Origin: Patescibacteria group bacterium
GTDB lineage: Bacteria > Patescibacteriota > Minisyncoccia > Phycocordibacterales > Phycocordibacteraceae
Assembly: GCA_018971265.1 (NCBI GenBank)
Contig: JAGXBE010000002.1
Location: forward strand, 1 to 39,161
Length of the DNA: 39,161 nt
Direction of reading: 5' to 3'
Position 1 is the stretch's first letter, and each line of letters opens with the position of its first letter. Below, in pieces: positions 13,276-20,929 of this stretch. A program made the translations under genes and the position numbers. The notes under the pieces are model-generated. The model was given only the letters and a program-made list of their open reading frames with translations, was not told where the DNA came from and searched no databases.

Positions 13276-16200
13276 CTATGCCTCCGGCTCAGGTGGCAGA
13301 TTCAAGGGTTCGACGTCGAGCGCAAGACCGCGAATTTGGTTGGTGAGAACGGCGAACGACGCAGGAGTGCCTGAGTGGCTTATCGGCTCTCCCTTGACGA
13401 TCGCATCGAAGGCCGCGGAGCGACCCTGAATGTCGTCCGATTTGATAGTGAGCATTTCGCGAAGCGTGTACGCAGCGCCATATCCAAGAAGCGCCCATAC
13501 TTCCATTTCGCCGAATCGCTGGCCGCCGTTCTGAGCTTTGCCGCCCAAGGGCTGCTGCGTGATGAGCGAGTACGGACCGATAGAGCGCATATGAATCTTG
13601 TCTTCAACCATGTGGTGCAGCTTAAGCACATACATGTACCCAACCGCGATCTCTTGTGCGAACGGAACGCCCGTGCGGCCGTCATAGAGCCGCATCTTGC
13701 CGCCGCGAGAGAAGCCTGCCTTCTCGAGTTCATCGCGAATTTCGTCTGCAGTCGCTCCGGCAAATGGCGGGACTACTGCCTGGTAACCGAGCGTGTGCGC
13801 CGCAAGACCGAGGTGCATCTCGAGAATTTGTCCAAGGTTCATGCGAGAAGGAACACCGAGCGGGGTAAGCAGAAGATCGACCGGATTGCCGTCTTTGTCG
13901 TACGGCATGTCCTCGACTGGCAGCACTCGACTGATAACGCCCTTGTTGCCGTGGCGTCCTGAAAGCTTGTCGCCGACCGAGACGTTTCTCACCTGAGCGA
14001 CTGTAACCAGTATCTTTTTGATAATGCCGCTCTCGAGCTGGTCTCCTTTTTCTCTGGAGAACACCCGCACGCCGATAACGCGCCCGCGTTTCCCGCCCTC
14101 CATGCGAAGCGAAGTGTCTTTCACGTCCTTGGCCTTGTCGCCGAAAATGGAACGAAGGAGGCGCTCTTCCGGTGTAAGCTGCGTCTCGCCTTTCGGAGTT
14201 ACCTTGCCGACAAGAATGTCGCCGGGACGCACTTCAGCGCCGATGCGGATGACGCCTTCCTCGTCGAGATTCTTCAGCCGCATTTCGCCGACATTCGGGA
14301 TGTCGTGGGTCGTCGTTTCGGGGCCGAGTTTTGTATCACGCACCACACAGTCAAAATCCTCGATGTGTACCGTCGTGAACTTGGCGTCTTCAACGAGACG
14401 TTCTGAAATAACGATGGCGTCCTCGTAATTCGCGCCGTTCCAACTCATAAACGCAACGCGCACGTTTTGGCCAAGGGCGAGCTGGCCGCGGTCGGTCGAT
14501 GAGTTGTCCGCGAGTACGTCGCCCTTCTTTACCTTATCGCCTGCATGCACGCTCGGTCGCTGCATGAACGCTGAATTCTGGTTGGTCTGCGTGAGACCTT
14601 GGAGGCGATATTCTTTTGATTTGCCTTCTTTATTTTTCACGGTTATTTTCCGCGCATCAACCTGTGCGACTTCGCCTGGCTCCTCGGCAAGTACGAGCCG
14701 GCCGGTGTTTCGTGCAGCATGCTCTTCGATACCGGTTGCGACGAGCGGCATTTCGGGAATGAGAACCGGCGTCGCTTGCTTCTGCATGTTTGAACCCATC
14801 AAAGCGCGGTTCGCGTCATCGTGGTTCACGAAAGGAATCATCGAGGTCGCGATGGAAAACATCTGATAGGTTGAGGCATCCATAAGCGTTATCGCTCCGC
14901 GCGCGACGATAATCGGATCTCCTTTATGACGCGCCTCGACGAAATCAGGAACGATATGCCCGTTCCCGTCGAGCTTGGTCGCACCGTGCGCGATGACCTC
15001 GAGCTCCTCGTCGAGCGCATTCAGATACACCACTTCATCGGTCACCTTCCCGTTTTTCACACGGACATAGGGCGTTTCAATGACGCCAAAATCGTTCGTG
15101 CGTGCGTGCGTCGCCATGTGGAGGATAAGACCGATGTTCTGTCCTTCCGGCGTGTGGATGGGGCACAGGCGTCCGTAGTGGGAGGGGTGCACGTCGCGCA
15201 CCTCGAAACCGGCACGCTCACGCGTGAGCCCGCCCGGGCCAAGTGCGGAGAACGTGCGCATGTTTTCAAGCTCCGCAAGAATATTCTGCTGATCCATAAA
15301 CTGCGAGAGCTGGTTGGCGGTGAAGAACTCGTGCACGGAGGCATGGAACGGGCGCGGATTTACGAGCGCCATGGGGAGCGTGGTTTCGCTCTCAATGGTC
15401 GACATGCGGTCCTGGATATTGCGCTTCATGCGGCTCATGCCGACTCGCATGCGCGCCTGAAGGAGCTCACCGACAAAGCGCACGCGCCGGAAGCCAAGAT
15501 GATCGATATCGTCGGGACGAGCGGAAGAATCGGCATTCAGTTTCGTAATCTCCGAAATGATGTGGATGAAATCTGCGAGCGTAAGGATGCGCTTCTCGAG
15601 GGCTTTTTCTGTGGTCGACAGACCGAAACGCGCATTAAGGCGGTGGCGACCGACCTTTCCGAGGTCGTAGCGTTCCGCCGAGAAGAGTGATTGTACAAAG
15701 TTTTTCGCGTTCTCCGGCGTTGCGAGGTCTCCATCGCGCATGCGACGATGGATCTCGATATATGCCTCCTCAACGGACTTTGCCTCGTCATGCGCAAGCG
15801 TTGCCTGCACTGCAGCAAGCGCAAGCGGATCTTTCGTAAAGTGTTTTAAGACGGCTTCGCCAACGCCGCCGCCGAAGACCGTGAGGAGCTCAGTAATCGG
15901 AAATTTGCGCTTTCGGTCGATTTTCACAAAAATCGCACCGTCTGCTTCCGAGTCGATTTCAATCCAAACGCCGCGCAAGGGAATTATTTTCGCGCCGAAA
16001 AAAGGCTTCCCGCGGATGAGTTCAGAAACAAAGAACGCGCCGAAGGAGCGCGCCAGCTGCGGCACGATAGCGCGCTCGACGCCCGAAACGATAAAGGAAC
16101 CATGCGGCGTCATTATCGGCATGTCCGTAAAGAAGATTTCTTGTGATTTTTCCGAGCCGAATGTCTTATTGAGAAGTTTGACGGTAACTCGTACCGGTGC

Positions 16201-16461
16201 TTCGTAGGTACGCATGTTCTCGCGTGCAAACTCTTCGTCGTATTTTGGTTCGCCGATTTCGAAGCTTTCAAACTGAAGCTCGAACTTCTTTCCCGAATAA
16301 TCGGTAATAGGAGAAAACTCTTTAAAGAGCTCTGTAAATCCCTCTTTCATGAGCCAGTCAAACGAGCCGCGCTGGTGTCCGACGAGATCTGGGAACGGGA
16401 CGCGGGGGGCCCGAAATGCGCCGAAGGTCTTTTGGATGAGGTTCTTTTGCATGTGAGACAT
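13276..16461 (-). CDS. rpoB: DNA-directed RNA polymerase subunit beta
   Basis: Conserved blocks include GRHGNKGVISRV, HMVEDKIHMRSIGPYSLITQQPLGGKAQNGGQRFGEMEVWAL and a rifampicin-cluster-like FFTANQLSQFMDQQN. It is 1061 aa, with a 24-nt gap to rpoC. Confidence 0.97.
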   Translation of the reverse strand: MSHMQKNLIQKTFGAFRAPRVPFPDLVGHQRGSFDWLMKEGFTELFKEFSPITDYSGKKFELQFESFEIGEPKYDEEFARENMRTYEAPVRVTVKLLNKTFGSEKSQEIFFTDMPIMTPHGSFIVSGVERAIVPQLARSFGAFFVSELIRGKPFFGAKIIPLRGVWIEIDSEADGAIFVKIDRKRKFPITELLTVFGGGVGEAVLKHFTKDPLALAAVQATLAHDEAKSVEEAYIEIHRRMRDGDLATPENAKNFVQSLFSAERYDLGKVGRHRLNARFGLSTTEKALEKRILTLADFIHIISEITKLNADSSARPDDIDHLGFRRVRFVGELLQARMRVGMSRMKRNIQDRMSTIESETTLPMALVNPRPFHASVHEFFTANQLSQFMDQQNILAELENMRTFSALGPGGLTRERAGFEVRDVHPSHYGRLCPIHTPEGQNIGLILHMATHARTNDFGVIETPYVRVKNGKVTDEVVYLNALDEELEVIAHGATKLDGNGHIVPDFVEARHKGDPIIVARGAITLMDASTYQMFSIATSMIPFVNHDDANRALMGSNMQKQATPVLIPEMPLVATGIEEHAARNTGRLVLAEEPGEVAQVDARKITVKNKEGKSKEYRLQGLTQTNQNSAFMQRPSVHAGDKVKKGDVLADNSSTDRGQLALGQNVRVAFMSWNGANYEDAIVISERLVEDAKFTTVHIEDFDCVVRDTKLGPETTTHDIPNVGEMRLKNLDEEGVIRIGAEVRPGDILVGKVTPKGETQLTPEERLLRSIFGDKAKDVKDTSLRMEGGKRGRVIGVRVFSREKGDQLESGIIKKILVTVAQVRNVSVGDKLSGRHGNKGVISRVLPVEDMPYDKDGNPVDLLLTPLGVPSRMNLGQILEMHLGLAAHTLGYQAVVPPFAGATADEIRDELEKAGFSRGGKMRLYDGRTGVPFAQEIAVGYMYVLKLHHMVEDKIHMRSIGPYSLITQQPLGGKAQNGGQRFGEMEVWALLGYGAAYTLREMLTIKSDDIQGRSAAFDAIVKGEPISHSGTPASFAVLTNQIRGLALDVEPLNLPPEPEA

Positions 16462-16630
16462 GTGGGAGTGGCGTGAAGCTACTAAGCTATATAAATGAAA
16501 TACGAACGCACGGACTAAAATCCGCTGTCGCTATCGCGTTCTTTCGGTTCCCGTATTAATCTTTTGCCCCTGGCACTCGACGGCACAATGCTGTATCGCC
16601 CTCCGTTACTCACTCGTATCTGATGCTGCT

Positions 16631-16659
16631 ACTGTACCAGTCGGCGTTCTTTCGTGCAA
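16631..16659 (-). promoter_or_regulatory. Candidate rpoB promoter TTGCAC-17-TGgTACAGT with a ~160-nt leader
   Basis: The minus strand reads ttgcac (16659-16654), a 17-nt spacer ending in tgg, then tacagt (16636-16631). The predicted +1 is near 16624 and the rpoB ATG is at 16461. Confidence 0.35.
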
Positions 16660-16689
16660 CCCAAAGAAATGAAGCTGGGGATAAGGATT

Positions 16690-17349
16690 TCAGAGCTTCT
16701 TACGCCAGGTGTCGATGTTCGCATGGTGTCCAGTTTGAAGGACCCTCGGAACACGGTATTTCTTCTTTTTGTATTCAATGGTTTCAGGGCGAGTGTAGAC
16801 GGCGCTTGAGGCGATGCGGCGCTCCTCGACCGACGCGTCTTTGCCGAGCACGCCCGACAGGCGGCGAGTGACGGCGTCTACTATTGCAAGCGCTGGTACT
16901 TCCCCGCCCGTGTACACCGCTTCGCCCACTGCGAATTCTTTCACACTTGCAAGCGTCTTCAGCATTTTCTTCGCACGCTCATCGATACCCTCGTAGCGGC
17001 CGCAGACGAGCGCCACATCGTCATACCTGGCGAGCGCATCGGCGTCTTTGTTCGTGAATTGTTTTCCTGCGGGCGAGAACCAGATGATTATCTGCTTACG
17101 ACGAGATGCTTTGTTTCTCGATTTGAGCGACTTCTCCACTGCGCGCACGACCGGCAGTGCCGTCATCACCATGCCGGGACCGCCGCCATACGGACGCTCG
17201 TCCACCTTTCCCCATTTGTTGTCGACGAAATCGCGGGGGGTCTGATACGTTACGGAAATCTTTTTCTTCTTGCGCGCGCGGCCCACTATCGAGGCCGAGA
17301 GGTATGGCTCGCATGCTTCTTCAAAAAGGGTGATGAGGTGAAATTTCAT
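16690..17349 (-). CDS. trmD: tRNA (guanine37-N1)-methyltransferase
   Basis: TrmD hallmarks are present: MKFHLITLFEE N-terminus, YGGGPGMVM, CGRYEGIDERA, YTRPE. Confidence 0.93.
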   Translation of the reverse strand: MKFHLITLFEEACEPYLSASIVGRARKKKKISVTYQTPRDFVDNKWGKVDERPYGGGPGMVMTALPVVRAVEKSLKSRNKASRRKQIIIWFSPAGKQFTNKDADALARYDDVALVCGRYEGIDERAKKMLKTLASVKEFAVGEAVYTGGEVPALAIVDAVTRRLSGVLGKDASVEERRIASSAVYTRPETIEYKKKKYRVPRVLQTGHHANIDTWRKKL

Positions 17350-17379
17350 AGGCGCGTAGATTTTTTATATGCCAAGAGA

Positions 17380-17475
17380 GGCGAGCGATTTCGGAGCCTC
17401 TGCGCAAGAGCGAAGGCGATGAGCAGGAGGAAATTTTCTAGCAAGAAAATATTCCGTGCTCCGAAATCGCTCGCC
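17380..17475. repeat. 18-bp perfect inverted repeat with 60-nt spacer, containing an inner hairpin
   Basis: ggcgagcgatttcggagc (17380-17397) is the exact reverse complement of gctccgaaatcgctcgcc (17458-17475). An inner 11-bp stem with one bulge lies at 17429-17455. An adjacent 6-bp hairpin (ccgaac/gttcgg) lies at 17476-17493. All sit in the 169-nt KH-trmD spacer. Confidence 0.9.
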
Positions 17476-17518
17476 CCGAACGGCATTGTTCGGAAAGCTC
17501 ACCGCACCAAGAGGATGG

Positions 17519-17836
17519 TTACAATTCCTCGACAACCTGCTCGACGGTTTTCATTTCTTGCCCTGCCGGTACGGGCAGATCATGCTTGCCGCCCTTCGGC
17601 TCGTTTATCTTAAGGTTCACGCGCGCATTCCCCTTCATCCCGATAACGCGCAGGAGGATTCGCAGTGCCTCGGCGGTCTTGCCGCTTTTGCCGATAATCT
17701 TGCCCATGTCCTCCGGATGCACTGTAAGCGTGAGCAGTACGCCCATCTGGTCGATGGTACGAGTGGTCTCGACGGATTCTGGATGAGCAGCGAGCGCTTT
17801 CACCGCGTATTCAAGAAATGCTTGGTCTGGTTCCAT
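17519..17836 (-). CDS. KH-domain RNA-binding protein (UPF0109/YlqC family)
   Basis: The core LTLTVHPEDMGKIIGKSGKTAEALRILLRVIG has the GxxG KH motif. It occupies the usual position after rpsP. It carries a ~28-aa C-terminal extension. Confidence 0.8.
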   Translation of the reverse strand: MEPDQAFLEYAVKALAAHPESVETTRTIDQMGVLLTLTVHPEDMGKIIGKSGKTAEALRILLRVIGMKGNARVNLKINEPKGGKHDLPVPAGQEMKTVEQVVEEL

Positions 17837-17885
17837 AAAGAAAGATAGAAAGGGGATATGCGGTCCGCAAAGCGGACGGCTAGGA

Positions 17886-18374
17886 TTAAACTGTTTGCGT
17901 CTCTTCGCCTGCGACCGGAACCTCTTCCACGACTAGTTCGGCTTCTGCGGTTGGTGCGGATTCCTCTGTTGGTGCCGGCTCCGCCTCAGCGGTTACCTCT
18001 TCCTCGGTCGGCGCCTCAACTACCGGCTCTACAGCAGCGGCTGCCGCCTTCGCCGCCTCTGCGGCGGCGGCCTCCTCCGCAATCTTTGCCTCATTCTTTT
18101 GCGGCGTCTTCTTCGGGAGCACGTTTACCTTCTCCCCCCTTATGACGCCCTTGTGTACGAGAAGATTGTGGATGGAGTCGGTCAGTTGGGCACCTTTGGC
18201 GATCCATTCTTTCACTCGCGTCTCATCGAGCGTAAGCGCTTTGCTTTTCGGGTTGTAGGTACCGAGCAATTGCACGATGCCGCCCGCTTTTGCTGCGCGC
18301 GCCTTCTCGAGGAGCACAATGCGAAACGCCGGATCATTGGTCCGGCCGATGCGCTGAAATCGAATCATCAACAT
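17886..18374 (-). CDS. rpsP: 30S ribosomal protein bS16 with a ~75-aa Ala/Glu/Pro-rich C-terminal extension
   Basis: MIRFQRIGRTNDPAFRIVL...GTYNP is the S16 core. Residues ~86-162 are low-complexity (EEAAAAEAAKAAAAAVEPVVEAPTEEE...). Confidence 0.9.
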   Translation of the reverse strand: MLMIRFQRIGRTNDPAFRIVLLEKARAAKAGGIVQLLGTYNPKSKALTLDETRVKEWIAKGAQLTDSIHNLLVHKGVIRGEKVNVLPKKTPQKNEAKIAEEAAAAEAAKAAAAAVEPVVEAPTEEEVTAEAEPAPTEESAPTAEAELVVEEVPVAGEETQTV

Positions 18375-18383
18375 AGCAAACAG

Positions 18384-18392
18384 ACAGTACCA
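18384..18392 (-). promoter_or_regulatory. Extended -10 box TGgTACTGT, 9 nt upstream of the rpsP ATG
   Basis: The minus strand reads tggtactgt (18392-18384), then ctgtttgct, then ATG at 18374. No SD is present. Confidence 0.35.
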
Positions 18393-18465
18393 GAATTGAC
18401 TAAAAACCGCAAACGCCCACCGGCGACTCTATCTTCGAAGACTCGATACAGACGCTCGTTCGGAG

Positions 18466-18497
18466 AATAAGAATGATTGAAGACATTCATTCTTATT
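18466..18497. repeat. AT-rich 11-bp hairpin in the rpsP/rnr divergent region
   Basis: aataagaatga (18466-18476) pairs with tcattcttatt (18487-18497), with a 10-nt loop. Confidence 0.8.
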
Positions 18498-18536
18498 TCC
18501 TCTCTTCGCGCCTGTAGCAGAAGCTTCGTAATATTG

Positions 18537-18624
18537 CTAGCCCCGTTACAAATCTTTTTTACTCGAGAATGGCGCGCAAAATTGTTGTAAATACCCTATT
18601 TACTTTGATTTGTAACGGGGCTAG
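18537..18624. repeat. 18-bp perfect inverted repeat with 52-nt spacer, immediately upstream of rnr
   Basis: ctagccccgttacaaatc (18537-18554) is the exact reverse complement of gatttgtaacggggctag (18607-18624). The right arm overlaps a candidate rnr promoter: TTTACT 18599-18604, 17 nt, TAGAGT 18622-18627, 7 nt, ATG 18635. Confidence 0.9.
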
Positions 18625-18634
18625 AGTAGCTCAA

Positions 18635-20578
18635 ATGGCGGACGAGCATTTCTATGAAGGTCCGATAACGATGACCCGGAAGGGTTTTGGTTTTTTCTCT
18701 GTCGGCGAAGACCGTGAAGATCTTCTGGTACCGCCCGAGTGGACGAACCATGCACTCTCGGGCGATATCGTCAAAATAGCGGCGGCGGGCAGTTACCGCG
18801 ACCCCTCTGGACGGATGCCGCCGCGAGAGGCTGGAAAGGTGGTTGAAATAGTCTCCCGCGCGCGCGAGACGTTCGTCGGCACGCTCGTCGAAGATGGCGG
18901 GAAAACGCTGCTCGCGCCGGATTATAAAAAGATGTATGTGCCGCTCGAGGTGCGCGACTCCAAGAGCGCCGCGCTCGGCTACAAAGTGCTGGTGCGCATG
19001 CGGGGTTGGGAAGCCGGAGCGCCGTACCCCTGGGGTGTGGTCGAAGAAGTCATCGGCAAAGCGGGCGCACACGAGACCGAGATGCGAGCGCTCGCCTTGG
19101 GCCAGGGCTTCTCAAGCGACTTCCCTCCGGGCGTCGTCAAGGATGCCGAGTACCTGAAAGAACACGGACGCGCGATACTCGAGAAAGAAACGGTGAATCC
19201 GAAGCGACGCGATTTCCGTGACGCTCCCACGTGTACCATCGACCCCTTCGATGCGAAAGACTTCGACGATGCGCTTTCGGTACGCACGCTCGCCGACGGG
19301 AGTATAGAAGTCGGCGTGCATATCGCCGATGTCTCCTTCTTCGTACAAAGCGGGAACGCGCTCGACAAAGAGGCGCGCGAACGGGCGACAAGCGTCTACC
19401 TCGTCGACCGCACCATTCCGATGCTCCCCGAAATCCTTTCAAACGACCTCTGCTCGCTCAACCCCGATCAGGATCGCCTTGCGGTCTCCGCCGTTTTCAC
19501 GCTCGACCGCGATGCAAACGTCACCTCCGAATGGTTCGGCGAGACGGTCATCCATTCCGACAAACGTTTTACGTATGAAAATGCTCAGGAGGTACTCGAC
19601 GCGGGCGCCGGAACCATGCACGACGAACTTTCCCTGCTCCTCGACCTTTCTAAAAAACTCCGCGCACGGCGCCAAGCCAAGGGTGCTGTCGACTTCGACA
19701 CTATGGAGGTGAAGGTGAAGCTCGATGAAAACGGCACGCCGCTGGCGGTTGTGCTCAAAGAGCGCAAGGCGACGAACCTCCTCATTGAGGACTTTATGCT
19801 GCTCGCGAACGAGGCCGTGGCGACGCACCTCGCGAAGCTCACCAAAAACGACGGTCCGCACTTCTCTTCGCTTTATCGAATTCACGATGCGCCGGACGCC
19901 GATCGTATCGAGAATCTCGCGAACCTTCTGCGCGTCATGGGCTACCATTTGAAGATCGCCGGAGGCAAGGTGACGGGAGCGGAGCTCAATAAGCTCCTTG
20001 ATGCGGTGAAGGGCAAACCGGAGGAATATCTTGTGAAGACCGCCACCTTGCGCTCAATGAGCAAGGCGGTGTATGCCACGCGGAACATCGGCCACTTCGG
20101 GCTCGCCTTCGAGTACTACACGCACTTCACCTCGCCTATCCGCCGCTACCCAGACCTCGTCATCCACCGGCTTGTGAAAGCGCATGCCGGCGGCACGTCT
20201 ATCACCGCCGTGGAAATGCAGGAATTCGACGCGCTCGCGCTCCATGCCTCCGAGCGCGAAGTCGCGGCAGCCGACGCCGAGCGCGACTCGGTCAAAATGA
20301 AGCAGGTGGAGTTCCTCGCGGGACGCATCGGCGAAGAGTTCGATGCGGTCATCTCGGGCGTCACCGAACGCGGCCTCTATGTCGAGGAGCAAACGACACG
20401 CGCCGACGGCATGATCCGCATCAAAGACGTCGGCGACGATTATTTTGAATACGATGAGAAACACTATCGGCTGGTGGGCCGCCGTACGAAGAAGGCCTAT
20501 CAGCTCGGCGACCCCATCCGCATAAAGCTTATCGCAGCCCGCGTCACCGAAAAAGAATTGGATTTCGTGCCAATATAA
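18635..20578 (+). CDS. rnr: Ribonuclease R (RNB family 3'-5' exoribonuclease)
   Basis: It has a cold-shock-like N-terminus (KGFGFFSV), RNB motifs DPFDAKDFDDALSV and YTHFTSPIRRYPDLVIHR, and a C-terminal S1-like domain. I prefer the start at ATG 18635 (MADEHFYEG). ATG 18569 is the alternative. Confidence 0.9.
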   Translation: MADEHFYEGPITMTRKGFGFFSVGEDREDLLVPPEWTNHALSGDIVKIAAAGSYRDPSGRMPPREAGKVVEIVSRARETFVGTLVEDGGKTLLAPDYKKMYVPLEVRDSKSAALGYKVLVRMRGWEAGAPYPWGVVEEVIGKAGAHETEMRALALGQGFSSDFPPGVVKDAEYLKEHGRAILEKETVNPKRRDFRDAPTCTIDPFDAKDFDDALSVRTLADGSIEVGVHIADVSFFVQSGNALDKEARERATSVYLVDRTIPMLPEILSNDLCSLNPDQDRLAVSAVFTLDRDANVTSEWFGETVIHSDKRFTYENAQEVLDAGAGTMHDELSLLLDLSKKLRARRQAKGAVDFDTMEVKVKLDENGTPLAVVLKERKATNLLIEDFMLLANEAVATHLAKLTKNDGPHFSSLYRIHDAPDADRIENLANLLRVMGYHLKIAGGKVTGAELNKLLDAVKGKPEEYLVKTATLRSMSKAVYATRNIGHFGLAFEYYTHFTSPIRRYPDLVIHRLVKAHAGGTSITAVEMQEFDALALHASEREVAAADAERDSVKMKQVEFLAGRIGEEFDAVISGVTERGLYVEEQTTRADGMIRIKDVGDDYFEYDEKHYRLVGRRTKKAYQLGDPIRIKLIAARVTEKELDFVPI

Positions 20579-20601
20579 AAACAGCGCGCCCGAAAGCGCG
20601 C
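20574..20601 (-). terminator. Rho-independent terminator ending the smc-small ORF transcript
   Basis: A 6-bp GC stem (20584-20589 pairing with 20596-20601) has a 6-nt loop. On the minus strand it is followed by UGUUUUUAUAUU. The U tract overlaps the rnr stop codon. Confidence 0.5.
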
Positions 20602-20623
20602 CGTATGCTTGATCAAGAGATCG

Positions 20624-20851
20624 CTAAATGCCGAGCTGTTCGCGAGTATGCCCGGTGTGTTTTGCGAACTCCTCTTTGAGCTCGTCCGGCAGATTCTTCG
20701 CCGGAAGGCGTCTCAGGTCATGGTGCGGTGAATCGGAAAGCCGGCAGAAAGACCGCATTATTCCCTTTTCGTCCTTCTGGAGCTCATACTCGTAGTCGCC
20801 GATGATTTTATTCGCAACTACGACAACCGGTAGTGCTTGCTCGTTCGCCAT
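20624..20851 (-). CDS. Hypothetical small protein (75 aa)
   Basis: ATG 20851 is preceded by GGAG with 7-nt spacing (ggagaacagaaATG). I recognise no motif. It is followed by the terminator at 20574-20601. Confidence 0.4.
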   Translation of the reverse strand: MANEQALPVVVVANKIIGDYEYELQKDEKGIMRSFCRLSDSPHHDLRRLPAKNLPDELKEEFAKHTGHTREQLGI

Positions 20852-20929
20852 TTCTGTTCTCCGAGTGCAAGACCTTTGCGCCAACCGCAAAAGCCAAATC
20901 TACTTAATCACAGAAAGTTTTTTCTGCAA

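Noticed and set aside
17456-17848. 130-aa plus-strand ORF spanning the IR element and the KH gene
   Set aside because: It is antisense to the conserved KH-domain gene, and its GTG start lies inside the inverted-repeat arm. I recognise no motifs.
17380-18624. The 18-bp inverted repeats as MITE or IS termini
   Set aside because: There are no flanking target-site duplications, no transposase, the two elements share no arm sequence, and neither arm recurs elsewhere in the window.
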